64,000 nt of DNA from Mytilus edulis (GCF_963676685.1 NC_092346.1:73284001-73348000), one strand, 5' to 3'. Shown: positions 13,385 through 29,489, counted from the first letter of the stretch. Program-made: numbers and translations. Notes: generated by a model not told the origin, from the letters alone.

Positions 13385-13654
13385 TATTCCGTCAACCAAA
13401 ATAGACTACATGAAAATATGAGCAAATGATGAGGGAAGATTTGAAATTCTAGATAGTTGAGTTATATTTAATATAAATTGTACCAAGAAATATTGATAAG
13501 CTGTTCATTGAACAATCTGAAAATGAATGAGCTATTTCAATGGCATTAAAGCAACCTATTTATTCACTGAATTTTTACGGATAATGACAATACCATGCAG
13601 TTAATTATGACAAATACTTTAAATGCATTTTTACCTCTAAGCTGGAAAATAAGA

Positions 13655-14095
13655 ATACCCGGCCACGTCCACTTGTATTTTTGTCCATCTGACGAGTTAA
13701 GCCTTTTTCAACTGATTTTTATAGTTCGTTCTTATGTTTTACTGTTATACCACTGTCCCAGGTTAGGGGGATGGTTGGGATCCCGCTAACATGTTTAACC
13801 CCGCCACATTATTTATGTATGTGTCGTCCCAAGTCAGGAGCCTGTAATTCAGTGGTTTTCGTTTGTTTATGTGTTACATATTTGTTTTTCGTTAATTTTT
13901 TTTTACATAAATAAGGCTGTTAGTTTTCTCGTTTGAATTGTTTTACATTGTCTTATCGGGACCTTTTATAGCTGACTATGCGGTATGGGCTTTGCTCATT
14001 GTCGAAGGCTGTACGGTGACCTATATTTGTTAATGTCTGTGTCATTTTGGTCTTTTGTGGATAGTTGTCTCATTGGCAATCATACCACATCTTTT
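13655..14095 (+). repeat. Near full-length SINE-like interspersed repeat
   Basis: Its 3' part (cttttatagctgactatgcggtatgggctttgctcattg...ctcattggcaatcataccacatctt + T run) recurs at 1-33/3297-3420 and 9910-10100, and inverted at ~17983-18150 and 48607-48900. Confidence 0.65.
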
Positions 14096-17000
14096 TTTTT
14101 TTTTTATAATTTCAAGAATAATGCGAAATATTGATTCCACAAAAAGTCTTTTTAGAGTATAATTACATAAAATTGAAGTCAAACAGCTTAATCAAGTACT
14201 CTCTATAAAATGATGGTTATCAAAGGCATCAGGCTTAAAAGTTGATTCTCCAGACGCGCGTTTCGTCTACATAAAATTCATTTGTGAAAGCCACACAAGT
14301 ACAAAGTTGAAAAGCATTGAAAACCCAAAATTCCCAAAAGTTGTGCCAAATACGACTACACCGCATCATTTACTACATCAAGCAATGAGATATTTTCGAA
14401 GTTTTTTTTAAGTAAGGTTTCAAATCAAACGAATAATACTCAAGTCTGAATGCCATTTTGCCTGTGTAGAAAGGCGACAATAGTTAACAGGTGTTCAATA
14501 TTTCTAAATCGATAGAGAGAAACCAAATCCGGGTTACAAACTAAAACCGAGGGAAACGTATCAATTATAAGAGGAAAGCGATAGAACAACAGAAACACTG
14601 AAGCTTATAGAAACAAACAACTGCAATATTTCTGACTTGTTGCAGGACAATTATAGGAACCTGGTTTTATGGCTAGCCAAACCACACGCTTAACGGCAAT
14701 ATTAAAACTATCACCGATTTTTTTTCCGCAACTACCTGTTTATGTAGATTTTAGACAAACAGTTCCGACAAGTAATTTGTAAGATTTTGTATCAATTATA
14801 CTTTTATTTTTACGAATATCATAATAAAAAAAAAACAACAAAAAAAAACAAACAAACAAAAACAAAATAAAACAGAAACAAACTTACTGTATCGATGATG
14901 CTTACAGTTTGAGTCGAGATGTATTTCTAAAAGTCGGCCAAGTGAAGTCATACCTTTGCGACATTGATGAATCGGTAATTAGATATGTATTTCAACAACA
15001 ACAAAATTTAATCGTGGATAAAATTTGAATAATAAATAACGATCAAATAAATATATGCCAATCATTTGTGTTACAAAGCAATATGTATCAATTAAAAATT
15101 TATTTACGGAATATCGAAACTCCAAAGGGTTAAAGAAAAACAAATGTCATACATCAGGCACATGTATTTATAACTGTATAATTTTGTTGACTAGATGTTT
15201 CTATCCTTTATGATATTTTCATTATGATTTAATTGGTCAAACCAGAATAAAAGTGGAGGCGTTTCAACGTGAGCGTGTAACATTATCCCATGCAAATCTA
15301 TTGAAAACAGATACATTAATTTAAAGAAATTCACAATCCTTCCGTATACGTGACCCAACACCCAACTAAAAATGCAAAACATCCTGTTACTTTACCTTTA
15401 TATTTTGAAAATGTGGTAGAATTTAGATATTGTCATCTTGGTAAGGTTGTTTGTACCATAGCTTCATGGAAAGTGCAAAAAAATAATTAAAAATGTCAAT
15501 TTATATTATTCACGAAACAAAGTACTAGTAATAATTAAATATACGTTTTACCAATCATGTTTGTAAATTTTATATTTTAGTCTACGCATAAAACTCAGTT
15601 GTTCTGTGTATGCCTGTTCAAAACCAGGAGCCTGTTACTAACTTATTTCTTTTCTTTTTGCTGTTGCGAAAATATTGTTTTATATATTTGCGTCAAAATC
15701 ATTGCACAAGCAACAAGTGCATCTGTCGCTCCTTTGATACTAAGTCTTGATAAACCATATAGTCTTTGGTGTCCGTCAGTTTGTAGAAGTCGTCTCTCAC
15801 CGTTTGTTTTCAAAACAGATTACAAAACTAGCGGCCCAGTTGGAATCAACTTCTGTCATAATATGTTATTTTCAACAGTTTTTTTGGTTTTAAAAATGCA
15901 TCAAATCCTCTTTTTTTTAACGACCGTGGCCACTGAAATAGTTAATTGAATATATTAAAGTAAACAAAATAAAAAGTTTGTCATGACCATCTTTGTAAAT
16001 AAAAATCTAATTTTAGTCTATAGTAGTTATCAATTATACAATCAATTGCCAAACGAAGCCAATATACTATAGAACTGATTTTTCTTCTTCTTATTCTTCT
16101 GATTCAACCAGACCATAACTTTTATTATTCTAACATTTGCGTATGATATTTGGCATGCAAATGGAATATCATAAACAGTGTGTCACATATCATCTTGATC
16201 TGCATGTGCCCTTGCTTTTGCTTCAAGGAGCGTACATTGTTTATCCTTTTGTGTATGCTTTTGATATATAGCACATCAAAATGATGCGTAACATACCACT
16301 GAAGATCACGTTTGACTTTGCTACGGGATTTGTATATATTCATCCCGAAACCATGTATAATCTTGCTTGCCATTTCAAGAACTTGAAAGTACATTTACAG
16401 GTTTGCATATTATATAAGCAATTGTGAATTTTACCGTACATATTTTAAAAAACGTTGACGTCAATATCTTGATTTTTGCGTACCATAGATAAGTAGCAAT
16501 AATTGTTTGTGTGCTATTCAACCCCCTTATATCATTAATTTTACAACAACGAAAAGACTTAACATTCCCAACCATTACACACGCATATGCGTTTTATTTT
16601 TATTTTCCATGCTCCAGAAGGGTAGGCACACCACTCCATATGTGACACCTGTAACTTAGTTTATGAGTAGTATGTGATATCTTAATTTTGCTATTATTAT
16701 TATTGGTTAGAACCCTTCAACTAAGATAAGTCGGGTAGGACTGATACACGAACTTCTAAAATTTAATTTGAAAAAATGATACTAAGTATAGAAAATATCT
16801 CTATGCTAGCCTCTACGATGTAATGTCATTGGGAGGGGTACTATTCGCATCAGATCGTTTTTTGTAAATTACCAGGAAAGGTCATTATAAAAAAAATACC
16901 TCAACTTGTCAAATACCTGTTTTACCACACAGAATCATTGCTCAATGAGTCGTTGAATAACAAAGACCAAAACGGAAATTATATCCAAAATAATTTACAT

Positions 17001-20000
17001 ATATAAACTTATATAGTTCAAACTAAAATTGATTTGATAAACCCCTGAGTCAGTCATTATGAATTGCACTCTTGTGGTAGGTTATTGTTAGGTGAGCGAT
17101 AAGCCACATTTGATGTCATTATAAAGAGCCTGTAGTTATTCCATTTGTGTGAACATGCATTCTTATTATGGTTAATGTAATTTATTTATGTAAATTCATT
17201 GTAAACATGCAATCATACTGGTTGTTAATTAAGTTTACCGAATTACTAATTTTTTTTGATTTTACATATTATTTTTTTTTCGATATTATGATTCATAAAA
17301 ACTACAATGGTTTGTGTTAGTTTAATGTATCACAGTTAAAACTGATAAGATTATTATATGTCTTCTACAATACGAACAAAACTAGTTTGCAATGGTTACT
17401 CGTTACAAGAATTGAAAGATATGCAGAAATTGTTTACTGTTTGTTACTGTTCCTCTTTCCAAATATCATTGCAAACTGATAACGTGTTTTTCCTTTCTGG
17501 AAATTCCTAATGATAAAAATGAAGGTTTTGCACATCATTTCAATAGATCCCCCGTCTCCTCCTTTGGAAAATTTATGAAAAGAGAAGGTTTTTGTGAATC
17601 GTAAAACAGTTTATTCTATAATCATAATAAAGTCGATAAAGTTAACAGTATACACACCTTTTAGAATGTCTCTCGTCTAACACTAAGACATTACCTCATT
17701 CTTATGCAAGCTTTTATTATAAGCTAATTATGTAGCCCTAAATCATAAACGAATATGGATGTTTGAAATGCAAATACAAAGTACTCCAGCACAAAGGTTA
17801 CGCAAGGAACATCTGCAGCTCATAAACAGGGCAAAATGTTATGTCTTAAGGTGAAAAAAAGCATGAAAAATTCTTACATCAAATAAAAAACCCTTGGGTA
17901 ATTTATTATCTTGTATGTAATTTAATAGTGAAATCTGTATTGGTATGAGACTCTCTTACACATTAAGGTGTCCTAGATATACAGAAGATGTGGTATGAGT
18001 GCGAATGAGACGACTCTACATCAAATTCACAATTTGTAAAAGTAAACCATTATAGGTCAAAGTACTGTCTTCAACACGGAGCCTTGGATCACACCGAACA
18101 GCAAGCTGTTAAGGTCCCCTAACATAACTTGTGTAAAACAATTTAAACGGTCTTATCTCTGTCTATTTCTGCGGACAGTTTATGATAAACAATTCAAATT
18201 TCCTGGTCAAGTTCTTATATTTCCCCCAATGTGATCGAAATGTTATCTTTTTGTACTGAGAGTAGTAGAGGCTTAACAGAAGATGGAGATCTTACATCTG
18301 TTATCTTTTGTGATACCCTGGACTTATTAAATTGGTACCCGTGTCATCTTTTGTACTGCTTACGTTTTCAGCTTTTTACCCCACATACTTATCTATTGCT
18401 TCCCACTCTGTATCTTTCCCCTCTTACGCCGTTGAATAACCACCTTCATCATTGTGCTGTATTTCTCCTAGATCTAACTCATCTTAACTCCATTTAGAGG
18501 TTAATTAAAAGTTGGTGTTCAGATAGTTTAGCCACGATGTTGGTCTGGAATACTGCTCTCGTCTGCCCTTTCATCTACAACGTGTGTAGGCGTGAAATCC
18601 AGCACAGTCAGATCATATCTGTTTTCATTAATATAATTCTGGTGAAATGTCATAGAGTCATGACTGTCATATACAGCTGCTGTTATCAAATGGTTCGTTT
18701 TTATGTATGTTGCATTGGCGTTTGTTTTTGTTGCACTTCATTGTTTCTGTTGTTTCGTTGTTTCCCTCTTATAGTTGATGTGTTTCTATCGTAACCTGGA
18801 TTTGTTATCTCTCAATCGATTTATACCTTTTGAACAGCAGTTTACTACTGTTGCCTTTATTTACTACTGTATCTTGACCTACTACACTAGATTCGTTTAA
18901 AATATGAATCGCAACATTCGTTCCTACAGGGATGTTTCTCAATCAGTACATCTCATTAGTCTATCATATGATTGTATCGGTCTGTTTGAGCTTTATCTCA
19001 AAGAAAGGTATTTGCATTTAAAAAATGAATACGTCTCAACCTATGGCGATCTCATTTTTTTACTGTATCATATTTTGTGAATCTATTCTATCAAATAGTT
19101 TTCCAATACTATATGGATGTTCTACTATTCTGATCACAGTCCCCTTTGTGTCTGTTTCGAGATGTTTGTTATTTCTGCTGTAGAGTTGATGTACTCCTTT
19201 CAGACAGTAAATTGAGAAAGCCATGAAATGAGGTACATTTCTACGCAGTAGTAGAATAGATTCTCATGATATTTATGGTAATTTACAAAACCATAATCTT
19301 CTTAGTGTTTTTACATATTCTGCTTTCTTTGTCTATAACAATTTCTTCCACGTTTACCAATTTTCCCGAAAATTAATAGAGCTAAAAAAAAAATTTTGGT
19401 TTCAATTTTAAATTGTATTTACTGATCTTTTAATTATTTAACAAAAATTAAGACTTATATCTTTGAATGTTTTACAACGAACTATAATATCACCAAAATA
19501 TCCTAATACTGGCTCCCATGTAATGCCTCGTTGAACGAGCTGAATATCACGTTGAAATGTGGCTGGACGTTGCAATGTGGCTGGACGTTGCAAACAGGCC
19601 CATATCCATATTTTAGACAAGTATGCTCAAATATTTCATATTTTGTAATGAGAGCAGTATTGTTGCAGTGCTCTTCTTTACTTGTAGACTGATAATATTC
19701 CAACACAATATCAAGTATCAAAATATGTCACAACCTGCCGATTATAAAGAACAGTTTTATTTTATGAGTATTGGAAATGAATCTTTGATAGTTCTATCGT
19801 TTAACAACCTAAAAGCAATGTACCAACAAAGACCTCCGTTTTTCTTCGTCACCAACGCTTGCGATGCTGCTAATTTAAAATACTAAGTCTAATGTCTCCA
19901 GCATACAACATTTGTTGTTCAACTCTTCTTGCTGCTGATATCCTAAAAGAGTCCTTTTTATTTTCATCTTGTGTGTTATGTGCTATTTAGGTTCTGTTTG

Positions 20001-23000
20001 GCAATCACATTTTTGTATTTTTTTCTACTTATAATTCCTGATTCAGTAGCTTTTTTATTTGTAGAAAATTTGTATCGAAGAAATCCTGATTGGACACACA
20101 TGCGTTGGAATATAGTAATGTTTTGGGGATATGTTTATATTATATATGAGCTGCTGAAATTTGTTAACAATCTATCAGAGCTACAGCATTATTGGTGACT
20201 TGAATAGGAAGTACTAGCATCGTATCAATAAAGTCATTTTCACAAAGTGGGTACATTGGGAAAAAAGGATTAAAAAAGTTTTGACTTGAATATAGGACAT
20301 CAAATTAATCGTATATCGGCATTTAACTGCAAATATTTTTACAAAGTGTAATAAGACGTATTACTTACATGTATAGTTTATAACTAAATTATGATATAAC
20401 ATCTTGTATAATCATATATTTCAATAAAATGTGACAAGAACACTCGTAATTAGATCAATTAGGATTTGAAAACTGTGAAGTGATGAATATATTTTAGAAG
20501 TGAATGTAGTATTACATATATAAAAAACATGAACTCAATTTGTAAAACATGATTTAACGAATCCTGAATGATGTCGCACACCACAAATGTCGTAGCATGC
20601 TATCATTATTGTTACATCGAACAATCCGTAATAATCGATAAAGAACGTAGCGAATTAATCGTGCTAAACGGATTGCAACATATTGGAATGCATTATCTAC
20701 TAGACATGTATTTCACCTTGTGATATAGTTTAGTCTTTGCTCTTTGTAGGTGACCATAATTCCTTTCTATACGAACAAAAATAAAGCTGAGAAAAAGCCA
20801 TCAATTCAAAACGAAGAACTAATAACTTATTTGTCGTTGAGTATCTTTCGCCGATTGTCTCTTAGTGGTATAAACAACAATATTTCAAATAAATTTAAAA
20901 ATTAACAAAGTACATCTGATTTAAGAAGCATTTATTACCCTTCAACGATGAAAAAAAACCAATAATGTGGTTAAACATTAATATGGTTAAATTATCATTT
21001 ATGTCAATGTCACATAATTACAAATAATTTTTTAAGACATTTCCGTCTATAGATTACACTTTTTTATAACACTATATTCTAAATTTAGCTGTTCGTCGAT
21101 TAAAAAACTAAATTAATTGATATCAAAAGATTAGGGACAAATACACCTGGGAAAACAGTCCAATGAAATTTTAGAAATAGACTAATATATTACTAAAAAT
21201 GCGATTCTTTGTCAATACAGTTGCTAGAAGATTTTTAACGATAACTAAAGAGTTTATAGCTACAAAAAAGACCCCCCCCCTTCCCCCAGTGTCGAGTAGG
21301 AACACAAGGTCTATAGTATATCATTGATAGATACAAATCTCTGGTATTACTAGAAAAACAATAATGGTTCTTGGTTGGATATAAAAGGGATATTAGAAAT
21401 TTTATATTACCACCAAAAAGTATTAATATTTGGAGAGACAAAAAGCACGAAACGGATGAGGATTTAGTGAAGAAACAGTGTCTTTGACATCTTTTTTGTT
21501 ATGTTCTTACCGCTAAGCGAAGGAATATTACGTGTTACGCTTGATCGTCCGTCTTTACGTCTTCCAATTTTCGTTTCCACACTTTGACTGAAGTTTGTAT
21601 TAAACTCGCAGACAGATTTTGAATTTGGACAGTGAGTCTCTTATCGTTCTACAGTTATGCCCTTTATTACTTGACAATATTATTTCAAATAAACTCATCA
21701 TAGATACCAGTATTAAAAGGTGAACGTTCGTTTCCGCACTATAACCTAAGGCAACATGACACGTAAATGCACAATATCAGGAATCTTTATGGTTTTCCCC
21801 CCAAGCAATTGGGGCACGTAGATCGGCATATGAATATCGATGGGGTGGATGTAAATAACTAGTAAACTTTTGAATATAAAGAAAATTTTATACTAAGTAT
21901 TCTGTAGGATGCACGTAAATATCAAAAACATGTTGAAACATAGCCTTTAATTGCCTGTTCTCAAAAAAGTTTGATACGAATTTTCTTAATTTTGTTATTA
22001 CTTAAATTTCCGTTTTATTGATATGAAAGTTATAGGGATAACCGAATTTGTTTTTCTGTAGAAGTAATTCAAGTGTTTGTTTCTTAAACGTGAAACATAA
22101 GATTACTAGTCACGATGTCATGATTATTTTCACTAAGACAAGGAAACTTGAGCGGGGGCATTTGTGTACTAAAGCACACTCTCATTTTATTTCATCATGT
22201 TTCAACGTCCAAATCATGAAATACATTGACATAGTGTAATAAGAAAAGATCACACGTAGAACTGAATAGGCTGTTTGGTCGTTGACTAAGCTTCAAAATG
22301 TCTAACCAAGCATGAAGGCTTTCTTTCAAATGGTCTGAGAGAATTTGCGTTCAGAAATTGCTATAATGTTACATAGGTAAAATAGTTTTCAAAGTTACGA
22401 TACTCCCACAGAAATGGTCAAATCAAAATGACGGTACAGTATGATCAATTAAACATAATAATACAATTCTACTAAGTGTAAAATCGTTCTGTCTAATTTT
22501 ACAGTCTATTAAAAGTTTGGCTGAAAATTTCCTTGTGTTACAAATCTTGTATACTGTCCCCTTCCCCTCCAAAAAAAAAAATGATCACGCAACTAAACTA
22601 AGCATGGAAGTTTTCTGCCAAATGATTAATAGCATTTGCCTTCAAATGTTATTTATTTTTTCCATTTGATAAGGGTTTGAAGTTTTCCTTTGATATTTTT
22701 GTTATTTTACTTTTAATCACGTTACAATAATGAAAACAGAGCTGATTAAATCCCTCTGCGAAATCAAAATGACGGTATTGTTATAGTATGTTCGCACCAT
22801 GATGGACAAACCTCTAAAAAATCAACATGCGGTCATAGGTTTTCTGTGATTCATTTTGTATTATTTTATTTTTCATAATATGTAACGGTCTTGCCTATCA
22901 TTTGTCCTCAAAACTGGGTGTTCATTTCATTTGTAGAGCAGAAACTGCATACACTTCTGGAGCAATCGATTTACCGTCGCTCTTCTTTTTGCTAACATTT

Positions 23001-24273
23001 TACTTTTCGGTGGGATATTTTTGGAACGTTATTAATTTTGTCTTCTGACCATAATGTTATTTTTCCTCCCTCGAATTATGGTCTTTGCTTTTCTACTTAG
23101 TATTTCAAGTCCTTCTATAACAGAAATCCTGACTTTTCATGACAAATGCACATGTTGATTGTATAATGTATTATTTTAAGCAGTTAATCATATACATCTT
23201 AATATCTATCAAGTTATTTATCAAAGGTACATAGTGCAATACAAATAACTTCGGAATTTTAGTATTAGAATAAATTTGAGACAGACATCAAATGCCACAA
23301 TCCGTAGATTTTTCAAGAAAACAGCAAACTCGTATAATTATTTTCGTACAGTGCAAAACAATAAATTCCAATAGAACCGCAAAGTCATTGACATTCAGTT
23401 TGCTTATAGATTTACAACTTTATAACACTGGATTATGATAAATGTAATGATAATTGAATTAGACAATTTGTGGTCTATGATTACAACATGTTTTAGTCAT
23501 CATTTACTAATGAGAACATCTTTCCAGGTATAAGATCGATTCTTGTTATTGTATCATGACGAAACAGACTATTTTAGATTAAAAGGTTAAATTTATATAT
23601 GTTTATGCATATGAATATATTCGGACTCAGTTTATGGAGATAGGCAGCGACAACACCGGCTACACGGTGTCTAGTTTCTTAGATCACTCTTCAAACTACA
23701 CTATATTTAATAACAGCTTTCTTTAGTCGGTCGATGAGCTTTTTGATCAGCTTCTTCCAGAGGTGCGTAACAGCACATGATGTATGGTTGCTTTCAGATG
23801 GTACGCCTGTGCGGCTAATCTTCATATCACAATTTTGTAAATGATCACAATGTTATTTGTCATATTATCACATCTCTCTTTTTTTTTAATCTATGATACA
23901 TACATGTTGTTCATGTCCTTCTCCTTTGGTCTTTGCTGGATAGCATGTAGCAAAACATTTAGTAATTAAATATAATAGATTTCCCTAAAATAATACGCAA
24001 ATATACTAATTCCAATTCCATCAACAATTTGTCCGGATCTAGGTGATTTGTACACGTTTTCTTTCTTTTCTGTTCTATGGTCAAATATACTTTGTTTACT
24101 TAGAAACCTTTCACCCTTCTTAGTTTAAAAATGGTAAGCACGACCATAATGAAAACATCATCATATTATCTTTCCTATTTCAAAACTATTCATATTTTAA
24201 GCACTTTTCGTCAGGGTTGGTACCTGGATCACTCAATATATCTATACATATGTCTGTAATGAAATGTAATGAA

Positions 24274-24406
24274 TAAAGGCAACAGTAGTATACCGCTGTT
24301 CAAAACTCATTAATCCAAGGACAAAAAACAAAATCGGGGTAACAAACTAAAAACTGAGGAAAACGCTTAAATATAAGAGAACAACGACACAACATTAAAA
24401 TGTAAC

Positions 24407-24463
<57 letters not shown>

Positions 24464-24710
24464 CGGACTAAGCATTAGACAAAATCCTATGAGAGTAACA
24501 AATATAACATCAGAACCAAATACATGAATTTGGGATAGATAAGTACCGTGACACGTCTTATAGTAATGTGAATTCACACTAAAAAATAAGAGAAAACAAA
24601 CGAAACAACGGAAACACAACGTTAAAATGTAACACACACAGAAACGAACTATAATATAACAATGGCCATATTCCTGACTTGGTACAGGACATTTTTTAAA
24701 GGAAAAAATG
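24274..24710 (+). repeat. Interspersed repeat of the taaaggcaacagtagtataccgctgttc family, containing an expanded (CA)n microsatellite at 24405-24459
   Basis: The family recurs at ~14475, 18715-18862 (inverted), 25458, 39715, 57125-57277 (inverted) and 62400-62625 (inverted). The CA run is directly visible. Confidence 0.7.
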
Positions 24711-27700
24711 TATTATTCATGTTGTATAGCCATATTTGCGAATGAACCTCTTTAAAAGGTTTTCAAAAAGATGAAAATATTAAACACTGTAGGAATTTGG
24801 TGCTTCCGAAGTGTTTTTGATTCGCATCACGGTGCGGAGCTATTAGTTTCAGTAGACATACACGCCATCTTGAAATTATTACTGATCACTGATTGGTTAC
24901 TTTATGATGCGGCTGAGAATCAGCAACAGCCATTGGTTTAAATTAGATAAAGAATTACAGGCTTTTCTCGTTCAGGATAAGCCATTTAAAGCCGGAAAAT
25001 GAACTATGTGTATATCAGTTCCGACCGACTGTCATTAATTCATGTTCGTTTTATTATGCATATATTGCATATTGAAATTCAATATTGAAATACAAATTAT
25101 CAATACACGTTTATTTGCTCAATCTGCAATATGCACGATTTGTTTTGCTAAACAATGTTCCTATACATCGTTTTCAAAAAAAGCATTATCTGTATTTTAT
25201 CTAGGCACACCTCCAGAGAGGCACACCCATAACGCACACTCTTAAAGTAAATCCATTTTATATCAATCAACTATCTAAAAATACCACAACACACATATTA
25301 CATAAAATTATGATAGAGCGAAGCAGTTCACAGCTTTTAAGAAAGCTAAAACTTGTACTGGATTTACATTCACCACGTACGCACAACCCAATAATTCGAA
25401 AGCCACTTATTATATGATGTAGAAATACCTATATACATGACTACCTAGATGACCAATGAAGGCAATCGTAGTATACCGCTGTTCGAAAGTCATAAATCGA
25501 TTGAGACAAAAACAAATCCGGGTTACAAACTAAAACTTAGAGAAACGCATCAAATATAAGAGAAAAAAAATGAAACAACAATAACACGGAAGAGAACAAA
25601 ACAACTAAAACAGACATACAATGAGATAGTAAAATTCATCTGAGGTCAACTTTGCCTGAGGGTATTAGAACCTAAGCTCCTTAATAATATTGACACGGAC
25701 CATAATCATCATCATCATCTTCACAGAATAAGATGATCTCCCAGTCTTTCATTCTTCTTCTTTTCATTTATGTTTTTTATACTATCAAATTCCTTTTCTC
25801 GGTTTATTATCCTCATTATTATTATCATTATTATATTAAGGTTTAAATGGTATCATGGAGATAAATATGATTAAAATAAATAGAATAGATAAATAAACAA
25901 ATATTTATTTGAAGAAGATAATTGCGTTTGTTTTTGGCTTCAGAAGATATAGTAGTTTTTCCTCATATGTAGCTGAACGTAAATTATAATTGTGATTATT
26001 GGTAAAATGAAAGTGTTCTTGTAAATAGTAAGGAATACTTTCAATTGGTGATTTAAAGTTTATGGTTGCTAACTATTTACACAAACAACTTTGATTTAAA
26101 TGTGTCTCATCCATTTTCTTAAATTTATTTTTAATTTGACTTCGACATAATTGAACCAAGTTAACTGATTATATCGATTAATGTTTCATTATTCCGTTCT
26201 TGTTACTGTTTAGGGGGGGGGGGGCAACTAAGATGGTAGAAAAAGAATCTAATGGAACAATATATTGTAAAAGGCTGAAAGACTAATATGTTTTATTTTT
26301 TTTATTGTTGCATCCTGTAATCTTTCTTTTCTAAATGGATTATATGCATCCTACACTCACCACCATTTTCTCCTCAGTACACAATGATTTACGTACTGAA
26401 GACAAACTGTTCCCCACATAATTCATTTAAGAACATCATTCTGAACAAATTTTATCATCGTTGGTGCTCCAAAGTACTATCATAAATAACCTTAAAAGTG
26501 TTGCATGTTAAATAAATTCATTAGGAAAGGTAAATAAACACATTAATTGACAAATAGGTCATGAATATAATGATTTTTATAATTCTATTGATATTTCAAA
26601 GCGTTTATACAGGCATTCACTGCATACTAACAATGTGCACACGATCATCACTTTTACAACTGTATAAAATTACAAAAAGAAGCATTCAAGTCTGATTGTT
26701 GCATGTATTTGTTCCACCTTTTTTCCCCTGTGCATGATTGTAGTGACATTGTTATAAGAAGCAAGTGCAGTCATGATTGATGTTTTTTCATTAAAAAATA
26801 AAGAAATACAATTTGATTTTATTTTCAATTCATTCTTAATAATAGTATGGACCGGATTCTGTCATGTATTGCTATATTATTCAGGGTTAGAACAAACTAA
26901 ACGAAATTTCTAATAGTATGGCTCTGCAAAGTAGAGCAACAATAATGAAGCTCTTATACATTTTGACTACGAATAGTATGTATATACTATTTAACTTAAA
27001 TCATTATTTCAGTTCATTCTAGTGCGTTTTAAGTTTTTTTACACAAATCGTTAATTTTGACTTATTGAATGATTTTAACTGTGATAGATGAACATCCTAC
27101 AGGTGGATTCGGTTTTTTAAATTTAATTGACAATTACACATTGGCTACATGCGTGTTTGCATAAAAGTGGTAGTCTTCAATTATTGAATGCATTAAAACA
27201 CAAAAGGGTTATTCAAAATTAAATTGATCATGCCACAAACCAGAGAAAATAACTATTACACAATTTACAATTAAAATAAAAAATAGACAAAACATAATGA
27301 ATATATAATAATCATATACTCCTGCAAACATTTTATTTCAATTTTCTCGGTAAAAAATATGTATCAAAAGTTGCAAAAACCTGTATATTCAAATAATTTC
27401 ACTTCGAGGAGAGACAATGCTAAGAGTAGCTGATATTCGTTCTTACTAAACTTATTAAACATGTTAAAAGATAATTATGACATATCAGAAATGCAATCTT
27501 AAGAGGTTCATAAAACAGAAAGAATGATTACAAAGATGATATATGGTCCATTACAATTAATTTCCATCTTATATGATATAACTACACATAACAACGAATT
27601 AGATTGAGAAACAAAATATATAATCTGTCTTCTGATTATATAAGTAGTGAGTAATCAAATGTAACCTGCCCTGTTTCATGATAAATCATAATGTCAGGGT

Positions 27701-29489
27701 AATTTGAATTTCATTTTGAACAAGAAAAAATGTTAGTCCTATAATACAATGCTAGTTACTAAAGAATGTTATATGACTGATTCAAACATATACTTTTATT
27801 CAATTTATTTAATAATGCACTTTGGCTTTGTTTGCTTCGTACCGTTCTGACGAGTCAAGCCATTTCCAGCAGATTTGTGCAAATACCACTGTCAAATGTT
27901 AGGGGTGTCGAAGGTGTTTGAACGCTTTCAAACATGTTTAACTCAGTTACATTCTATATGTACCAGTCAAAAGCAAGTCATTGGTCTTGTCTGTCATATG
28001 TGTTATCGTTTATTGTTTAGTCATGATTTTAACCACTCATTTTGAAAACCATTTAAATTATAGTATACACTTTGATTTTATTCGTTTTGAATTGATTCAC
28101 ATTTTGTAATTTTTATCATTGTTGCAGACCATACCGAAGTCTATAATAGTTGCATAAACCACTTCATTTTTGGTAATCCCCTTGGAAGTTTCATTTTAAT
28201 TGTTGTTTGTCTTAAGTTTGTATGACTCTTGGTTTATTATCCCATTGTATTTTTTTTTCGCAAGGGAGGGGTACATATTTAAGAAATGAATACAGACCAT
28301 TTTAGTACACAGTATACTAGTTATAATCATTTCTTTAAAAAACTTAGCACTCTTAAAAATAATCTCATCATAGATAAATAAAACATAAAACGAAAAACAA
28401 AATTAACTCGTATTTTTTTCTTTCTAGAAAATTAAGGTTAAATTCAACATATTACTGTAACTATGCGTTTCGTAATTCGGATTAAGAAATGCGGTAATTA
28501 GACAACCCAGATATATTCTTTGCTCTATATAACGAAACAGTATACAATGCTTCTCCCAATCACCATTGCTATGTAATGCATATCGACATTATCTTTTTAC
28601 GTCGAATGCAAACAAAAACAAAATTTTTGCAAGCCTAAACACATTAAACAAAGACGTAAGAAAGTCATAAAGAAATAACATTTGGTAGATAGTTGTCTGA
28701 TTGGAATTTACACCACATCTCATTGTTTAATGTAGATCATTGTTCAACTAATGGTGTACAAAATAAGATTCTAATGTGACGTGCTTCTTTCGCTTTGTGA
28801 ACAAATCCATGCTCTAAATCCAATAAAATTTGTTTGCACATTCGTATATTGACTACTGCAGAAAAATGAATTTTATTAAATTGGCATGCATATAATATAT
28901 TTCATTAACTTAAAACACTTCTATACTTTTAAATGATGCACATGTTGTTACTAATTCATTTATTATGATTGTAATGTGTTGCATTCCAAAATTGACATAT
29001 TTGACCTAGATACGACACCCGTTCATGTTGGCTGTTCAAACTCCCCCCTCTGAAAAATCACAGTGCCAGTCCAGTCATTTGCTTCTTTACAAACAAACAA
29101 TGGAGATTCATGGAATAGCCTTCACAAACGATCTACACTTATACACATCGGACATAGAAATTACCTTAATTGTCCTAATCAGAATCAAAATAATTGATGC
29201 AAGCTTTACTTTATTGTAGTTTTTTTAACATGGGTAGGCATTATATTCGTGTTCATTTAGCTCTGACTATCGCTCGGGCAAGAATAATCACGAATATAAT
29301 GCCTATCCATGTTAAAACTACAATAAAGTATAGCTTGAATCAATTATTTCTTAAATATTATTCATACACATGCAGATTACATTTACTATAAAATTTAATG
29401 AACAATATATGGACTGTACGATGGAAGACTTTTTTTACTCATTTTAAGATCTGTTTGTCCCGATTGTCCACACGATATGCATTTACTAC

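Noticed and set aside
13689-13720. CTGACGAG box in the SINE-like repeat as a hammerhead (also ~27847)
   Set aside because: No downstream stem II/GAAA/NUH arrangement.
18170-19960. Region with slightly coding-like composition and an 18-bp tandem at ~19549-19591, possibly a decayed retroelement
   Set aside because: No diagnostic motif could be recognised by eye; needs BLASTx.
24395-24637. ORF with a CVCVCV run
   Set aside because: Translation of the (CA)n microsatellite.
24840-24945. YY1-like CGCCATCTT and CCAAT-like boxes suggesting a promoter
   Set aside because: No associated exon or ORF found; such motifs are common inside transposon remnants.
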